From the NCBI GenBank assembly GCA_001600695.1, contig BCKQ01000002.1, positions 1,736,334-1,800,333 of the forward strand: a DNA stretch of 64,000 nt, in the 5' to 3' direction. The stretch comes from Ascoidea asiatica JCM 7603. Taxonomy: Eukaryota > Fungi > Ascomycota. The position numbers and the translations under genes were made by a program. Shown piece by piece: positions 58,216 through 64,000 of the stretch. The notes below the pieces were generated by a model. It was not told where the DNA came from and did no database searches. It saw only the letters and a list, made by a program, of their open reading frames with translations. How positions within the stretch are numbered: the first letter of the stretch is position 1; each line of letters begins with the position of its first letter.

Positions 58216-58795
58216 AATTTAAAATTTAATAATGCATTTGAAGAAATCGAAAAAAGTATTAAAATTGGTAAAGCTGCTGCGCTTTAAAAAATAGATAGAG
58301 ATTATCTGAAAAAAAGATATTAAAATTACCACATCAAATCTATTTCTTGCCATATTTAAGAAAAGATAAGGAAAATACCATTCAATTTCGAAAGTAAGCT
58401 AGTTCACATAATCAATGCTATTCTTCAAACTCAAGTTTCTCTTAATAAAACAGATTTTACTTAATCTATAAAAAGCTGTCTGGAAATCTTTCCCCCAGCT
58501 ATCACAATTAGTGATACTACAATTATTAGTCTTTCTAAAAGAAACAAAATAGTTTTTTCAAATAAAAAAAAAGACATTTGGATTAAGCACTTTTTTTGGC
58601 TTCTAATGAAATCTTATTAAAATATTAGTTGAAGAATTTGATGAAATAGTTAAAGCAGTAAACGTTATTGAGGAATATATATTTATTCTTGATGAAACCT
58701 GAGTATATCCATCAAGTTTTGAGGATTATGCGAAAGGAAATAGAGTGTTTGTAAAATTAAAAAAAATCAAATTCCAAGTTGCATACTGTTATTAA
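58216..58795 (+). mobile_element. Decayed pogo/Fot1-like (Tc1/mariner superfamily) transposase fragment
   Basis: One frame 58216-58620 with internal stops gives a psq-like HTH and a CENP-B-type HTH; after a frameshift it reads EEFDEIVKAVNVIEEYIFILDET (first catalytic Asp motif). No TIRs identified. Confidence 0.65.
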
Positions 58796-58868
58796 AACAT
58801 TATGATTAACCGGTTATCAAAGTACCTAAATTGAATTTTAGTTAAGCGGGGTTTTTAAATGATTATGA

Positions 58869-59669
58869 TTATAGACTAGCAACAGTTCCTTTCCATTTCA
58901 AACCACACCATTTGGCAATTTGAATTGACATTTCTCTTGCACTGGATATTTCTTCTAATGTGCATCCATTGTTCAAAGCTCCTTTCAAATGCCCTTTGAG
59001 CTGTGGGTTAACATCTTGGGGAACAAGACAAGCTAAAACAACAAGACTTGTCTCTCGTGGAGTTAGAACATCACTAAAAGAAAGTAATGGTGAATATACA
59101 TGATTAATAGTATAATGCCAAAGGTCAGGATAAGCAGTTTCCATTTGGCTTATAACTCTCCCTGAGACTTTGGAATAAACATTATTCCAGTACTCATCAC
59201 CTCTTTTTTTTAATTCAATCTGTGAGATTTCATTCCTTAATTGTCTCTTTTCCAATAAAGGAGTCGGAGTACAGTTTTTGAGTATCATTAATGAATTAAT
59301 TGCTTTAGGGAGACCAGATAAAGCGCAGCATTTTAAAAGTGCTTCTCGCATTTTCTGAGCTATTATTATTTGATTATTAAGATTTGTTTTCTGAGAGATA
59401 TTTTCAATATTTAAATTTTCTATTGGAATAACTTCATTGCTCTTAGAATTCTCTTCCATGATTTTACGAGAATGAGTTATTGCATTTTCAGCCAATTTGA
59501 TTGTCAGAGGTACTTTCTGAGATTGTTTTAGAGCCAAATGAAAAATCGAAGGAATTTCTTGAGGTTCATTGCAAACAGTCAAAGCTGCTGCAGCGATGTA
59601 ATAATAACTTGATCCTAAATGTGAATAAGAACTTAATTGCAAGAGCTTTGCTGGTGTTAATATTGACAT
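58869..59669 (-). CDS. PXP2: AhpD/carboxymuconolactone-decarboxylase-like peroxisomal protein
   Basis: MREALLK...GLPKAINSL, RG..YW..VYSK, YPDLW, VYSPLLS, LVPQDVNPQLKGHLKGALNNG; ends in -ASL. Confidence 0.85.
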   Translation of the reverse strand: MSILTPAKLLQLSSYSHLGSSYYYIAAAALTVCNEPQEIPSIFHLALKQSQKVPLTIKLAENAITHSRKIMEENSKSNEVIPIENLNIENISQKTNLNNQIIIAQKMREALLKCCALSGLPKAINSLMILKNCTPTPLLEKRQLRNEISQIELKKRGDEYWNNVYSKVSGRVISQMETAYPDLWHYTINHVYSPLLSFSDVLTPRETSLVVLACLVPQDVNPQLKGHLKGALNNGCTLEEISSAREMSIQIAKWCGLKWKGTVASL

Positions 59670-60046
59670 ATCTTTACGTTTAAAAATAATTAATATGTTT
59701 GTTTTCTATAAATTTTTTGAAAAATGTAATTGGATTGACAATGATTTTTCAGCGAATTACTTTTATTTTAATCTATTCTGATAAATACTCAACAAAAGCT
59801 ATCTGAAGATAACTGTGAATAGCCACAGCTAAAGAAATGTTCTTTTTCCGCTCGCCAGAGCCGATATCCGCGCTGATTCTAATCAAACTACAAATATTTC
59901 CGCCTCCGGAGGCTCATTGGCGGATATCCACCCAACATTTCCGAACTTCGATGCAAAAAATAATTTATTTCCAACAATTTTTAAATTCATTTTCCACAAA
60001 ACACCCAAAATTTATAAGAAGTTACCCAAAATTACCAAAAAAAAAA

Positions 60047-62383
60047 TCAACATCTCTCAAAACACTTATATAAAGAAGGCAAGTTGGCTATCTCATACAC
60101 TGAATCTAAAAGATTGTTTGTGGCCAACAATCTATTTTGGATTAACGAAAATAAAAATTCAATTTTAGAGTTATATTCTAAAATTCTAGTCTCATCTGAT
60201 GTTGGAAACATAATATTTGGAACATAAAAAAGTGCTATTTCTTTCAAAATTCCATCCAAGCATTCTTTTTCATTTTCCCAGGAAACTTTTTCAATAATTC
60301 GGTAGATAAAAATTGGTAACTTTGTTAGATCTGGGAAATAGTCCTTGACAAGCAAGGGAATAGAAATGAGTTTTGGATCCGAATTATCTTCTAAATCAAT
60401 TCCTAAACTGAAATATTCATCAAGCATATCTCTCATTTGGATAAATGGCTCCATAACAGAGCTTGCATCGAAATGTTCTCTTTTTGTTTCATCTTGATTT
60501 AATTCATTTGCAATCATTAATAATTCTTTCAATGAAATTGGCTCTTCTAAGAATATTTTACCAAAATTATTGAATTCTGAAAGACCAATTTGATAAAATA
60601 ATTCAAATGATATAACTGAATAATCAACAAGAAATAATTTTACATCGTTTTGAAAACTAGCCAATCGTTTCTCTCTATCTATAATTCCAACATAAACCAT
60701 ATTTGCAAATGTTTCAGTTAATTCTTTGTGTACTGATTTTTCAACTTTACTCCTTATTTGTAAAATACTGGATAAGTTTACATCTACTCTTTGTTTCGTA
60801 ATGAAATTATAATTAGGCTCATCTGGAGAAGCTTTACATTCCTGAACTTCTTCTTCCACTTCTTTGACTATTTCAATTAATTGCTGATTTGCATTACTAA
60901 TATTTTGCTCTTGAGTGGATATGAATGGTGTTAATTTTGATTGAGTAGCATCATTTCTTACATGTTTTTTAGCATCTGTGTTAACTTTAAAAGAGTTGTT
61001 AGAAGCAGCTATTGATTGTCTAACAATTGGCTTGAATTCAGGCTGTTTTAAATTGGTCTTTTTATTATTGGATTTATCATTATTACTCAGTTCTAGATTT
61101 TTTTTAAGTTTAATAGTATTAAAATTAACTCCATTTATTTTATTTACTTTATTGATGGGTATTTCTATTGGCTGACCTAAAGTTGGCAGTTTATTAAGTT
61201 CTGGAACAACTATTCCAGTTTTAAAACTTCTTGAAGTATCAATTTTACTTAATTCCTCTTCAACTAATTTACTTATAGCTTCAATAATTTCCTCTTCATA
61301 TAAAAATCTAACTTCTTTTTTAGTTGGATGAACATTAACATCAACCAAATCAGGTTTTATTTGTAAACTAAAATACATAAAAGGTCGAAAACCTTTTGGA
61401 AGAAATAGACTAAATATATTATTAATTGCTTTTCTTAATGGGTCACAATGAACAAGTCTATTATTAATGAAAAATACAGGTTGAATACTTTTTTTATTAT
61501 TAAAATTTGCATTAGTTATAAATCCTTTAGCATTTAATAAACCAAAATCCAAAAGTTGAGGAATTTTAATTTCAATTAATTCATTTGCAATAGCAGAACC
61601 AAAAACTGTTCTTATTCTTTCAGTAATATTTTGAGTATTTCTTGTAACTAAAGAGTAATGGGTATCACCATATTTTTTTAAAGAAAAACCTACTCCCTCA
61701 GTATTTATAGAATATCTTCCAACGACATCTAAAATTTTATTAAATTCATCTGAGAAAGATTTTATTCCTCTTAATCTAGAAGATATATTGTAAAATAAAT
61801 CTTCGACAGTTATTTGAGTTCCATTTTTACCAGCTACTGGTTTGGGAACTGAGGGAGAATTTGAATTTGTAGTATCGAATTTACCATTAAGATAACTACA
61901 TTTCCAAGCACATTGGGAATCTTTTGTTTTAGTTATCACAGATAAATGAGCAATATGAGAAATACTTGCTAATGCTTCACCTCTAAAACCATAAGTAGAA
62001 ATAGAAGTTAAATCTTCAAATTTAGATAATTTTGATGTAGTGAATCTTTCACAAAGAATCTGTAAATCATCTTTAAAAATACCAGTTCCATTATCTGTAA
62101 TTTGTAATAATTTCAAACCTCCATCTCTAACCAAGACTGAAATTGATGTTGATTTTGCATCGATTGAGTTTTCAAGCATTTCTTTGAGAGCGTTAGCTGG
62201 TGCAACAATGATTTCTCCAGCTGCTATTTTATTTATTACTGATTTATCAAGGGCCTATTGAAAGATGATAAATAATCATTGAGTTAGAACAATATTCAAA
62301 TAAAATGAATGATATTTTAAAATATAAAGTGTTTAACATACCTTGATATGTGGCCGCTGAGTTTTAATATCATCTGTCGACAT
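60047..62383 (-). CDS. MLH1: MutL homolog 1; two exons (62383-62342, 62254-60047)
   Basis: Splicing gives HIK|ALDKSVINKIAAGEII; ENSIDA, DNGTG, TYGFRGEALASIS, DVNVHPTK, terminal FERC. Confidence 0.97.
62255..62341 (-). other. Spliceosomal intron in MLH1 (87 nt)
   Basis: GTATGT...TTCTAAC (62289-62283)...TAG; phase-0 in-frame join. Confidence 0.9.
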
Positions 62384-62643
62384 TATCTTTAACAATTCCA
62401 ATTTAGTCAAATTGAATCAAATCAAATCAAATTCTGAAGTATTTTTTATCTTCAAGTCTTTAAATCCCCTCTTAAAAATAAATCTAGTCATTGATATATT
62501 TTGAGATAAAGAAGTTATAAAAATAATATAAAAATATTTCTGTTTCTTTAAGAACTTTTTCGGATTCGAATCAAACGGTTTAACTCTAAATAAAGTGAGG
62601 AGGTTACGCAACGTCAAAGGTCGTCAATTGCGGTAAAAGCCAG

Positions 62644-62653
62644 ACGCGAAAAA
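62644..62653 (+). promoter_or_regulatory. MCB/SCB-like ACGCGAAAAA upstream of MLH1
   Basis: Same 10-mer as upstream of RFC2. Confidence 0.55.
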
Positions 62654-62787
62654 TAATACAAAAACATAAAATTAAAAAAAAAAAATAAAAATATATTACA
62701 CTCTCTACCCAGCATTCATACTTGATGTATGTTTAATTTCTATAAATGAAGCTAAAGCTTTCTACTTATTTGTTTACGCAAATTTAT

Positions 62788-63858
62788 CTACTTTCTTTGC
62801 TTATTTGGTTTCTTTCCATTGATTTTTTCAATATCATTTTTACTTAATTGTAAACCATTTTTGGTGAATTTACCTAATGAATTTATTTTCAAACCTCTTT
62901 GTCTCATTTTATTTTTCTCTTTCAATTGTTTTTTACTTAAAGTTGATTTACCTATTCTATCAGTTGCAGAAGATATTTTGTTATTATTACCAAGATTAAA
63001 ATCTTTAATTTCATACTTTTTAGATTTTGGTAAAATTATTCCATTTTCTTTAGCCATTGATTCATATTTCTTAGTTCTTTGAATATGTTTTTTTTTCATA
63101 CCAATTCTCATACTCATTGGCATTTTTTCAAGTTTCTTTTCCTTTTGTGCTGAATCTGAACCTAAATTATTTAATCTTTGATTCATTACTTTTATTTTCA
63201 TTTTACCTATTGGCTGATCATGAAAACTATCATTAATGGTTTTTAAAGTAAGATCAGCACCAGAAAATTGATTTGAACCCGCTGCTAAGAAATGAGATTC
63301 AGATAATAATCTTTGAAGTTGAAGATCATTTTTCATATTTTCCATATCATTTTGATTATCTTCACTTACCATGTTTTCTAATGTTCTGATATCTTTCATT
63401 TGTTTTTGTTTTTTAATAGTTGATATGTTTGGTATATTACCAGTTTTAAGCATTTTCTTTTCTTCTTTTGAAATTAAAACAGACAGAGTATTTGAATTAT
63501 TTTTTTCTGAAAATTTTACTATGACTGGTTTATGAGAGTTCAAGATCAAACCACTTTCTTTTTTGCTTATTTTTGTATTCAAATTTATATTTGAGTTTGT
63601 AATTATACTAGTATTACTCCCACCACTTACTTCATCATCAAAACCATTGAATTCCTCTTCACTTTCTGAAATATCTGAAGTTTTGCTTGTATCATAAGAA
63701 TCATCATCTTCATCTATATTATCCTTATTACTTTTTTTTTTTTTGTTTTCAATTTCATCTATTTTAAAACCATATTCAACTGGAGCAAATTGCGCTTCAA
63801 AGTTTTTTCTTTGTAATTCTAAAAGTTTCAAATAATCATCATCTTCTTCGGCACTCAT
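62788..63858 (-). CDS. FAF1: 40S biogenesis factor Faf1
   Basis: ATG at 63858: DDDYLKLLELQRKNFEAQF, NDLQLQRLLSESHFL, KMPMSMRIGM, RQRGLKINSLGKF. Confidence 0.88.
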   Translation of the reverse strand: MSAEEDDDYLKLLELQRKNFEAQFAPVEYGFKIDEIENKKKKSNKDNIDEDDDSYDTSKTSDISESEEEFNGFDDEVSGGSNTSIITNSNINLNTKISKKESGLILNSHKPVIVKFSEKNNSNTLSVLISKEEKKMLKTGNIPNISTIKKQKQMKDIRTLENMVSEDNQNDMENMKNDLQLQRLLSESHFLAAGSNQFSGADLTLKTINDSFHDQPIGKMKIKVMNQRLNNLGSDSAQKEKKLEKMPMSMRIGMKKKHIQRTKKYESMAKENGIILPKSKKYEIKDFNLGNNNKISSATDRIGKSTLSKKQLKEKNKMRQRGLKINSLGKFTKNGLQLSKNDIEKINGKKPNKQRK

Positions 63859-64000
63859 TTTGAACAGGATCCTTTGAAAGTTAATCAAATATCTTTTTTC
63901 TGATTTGATTTTTATCCAGTTGTGTTCCGATTATAAATAATTTTATTCTTCCGGTGATCTATTTTAAATTAATTTGTTGAACAAAGAAAATGTGCAAAAA

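Noticed and set aside
62560-62650. GATTCGAATCC B-box-like word suggesting a tRNA gene
   Set aside because: No cloverleaf, acceptor stem or A box could be built.
1027-63082. Many short antisense or alternative-frame ORFs rich in L/I/F (e.g. 1027-1401, 11653-12000, 33510-33743, 52562-53017)
   Set aside because: Shadows of AAT/AAC repeats or of real genes on the opposite strand; many start at TTG/GTG, which is not a normal yeast start.
1-64000. CRISPR arrays, operons, prophage, rRNA
   Set aside because: Eukaryotic DNA; all tandem repeats are spacer-less microsatellites and no rRNA-like segment was seen.

Overview
Eukaryotic, very AT-rich budding-yeast (Saccharomycotina) genomic DNA, not prokaryotic. 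It holds about 23 protein-coding genes, mostly single-exon, three with short 5' spliceosomal introns (RFC2, CCT5, MLH1) that the ORF track truncates. Recognisable genes are a mitochondrial-type cysteine synthase (partial, missed by the track), SAE2/CtIP, LOS1, an EAP1-like eIF4E-binding protein, RFC2, a YNL234W-like globin, LSB6, DUG2, URK1, PRP2, ARP3, CCT5, a divergent TOR kinase, PXP2, MLH1 and FAF1. Poly-Asn expansions are pervasive, and CTG encodes Leu at conserved sites. The style resembles an Ascoidea-like yeast, but the species cannot be established from this window. I found no tRNA, rRNA or CRISPR. Best leads: (1) an LRR + BC-box + Cys4 protein resembling metazoan LRRC58; (2) a TOR whose FRB rapamycin pocket has lost two aromatic contacts; (3) a fossil pogo/Fot1-type transposase absent from the ORF track; (4) a 10x AT-hook HMGA-like protein; (5) a dense Met31/32-Cbf1-Gcn4 sulfur-regulon module upstream of DUG2. 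All homology calls come from remembered motifs; no search was run.
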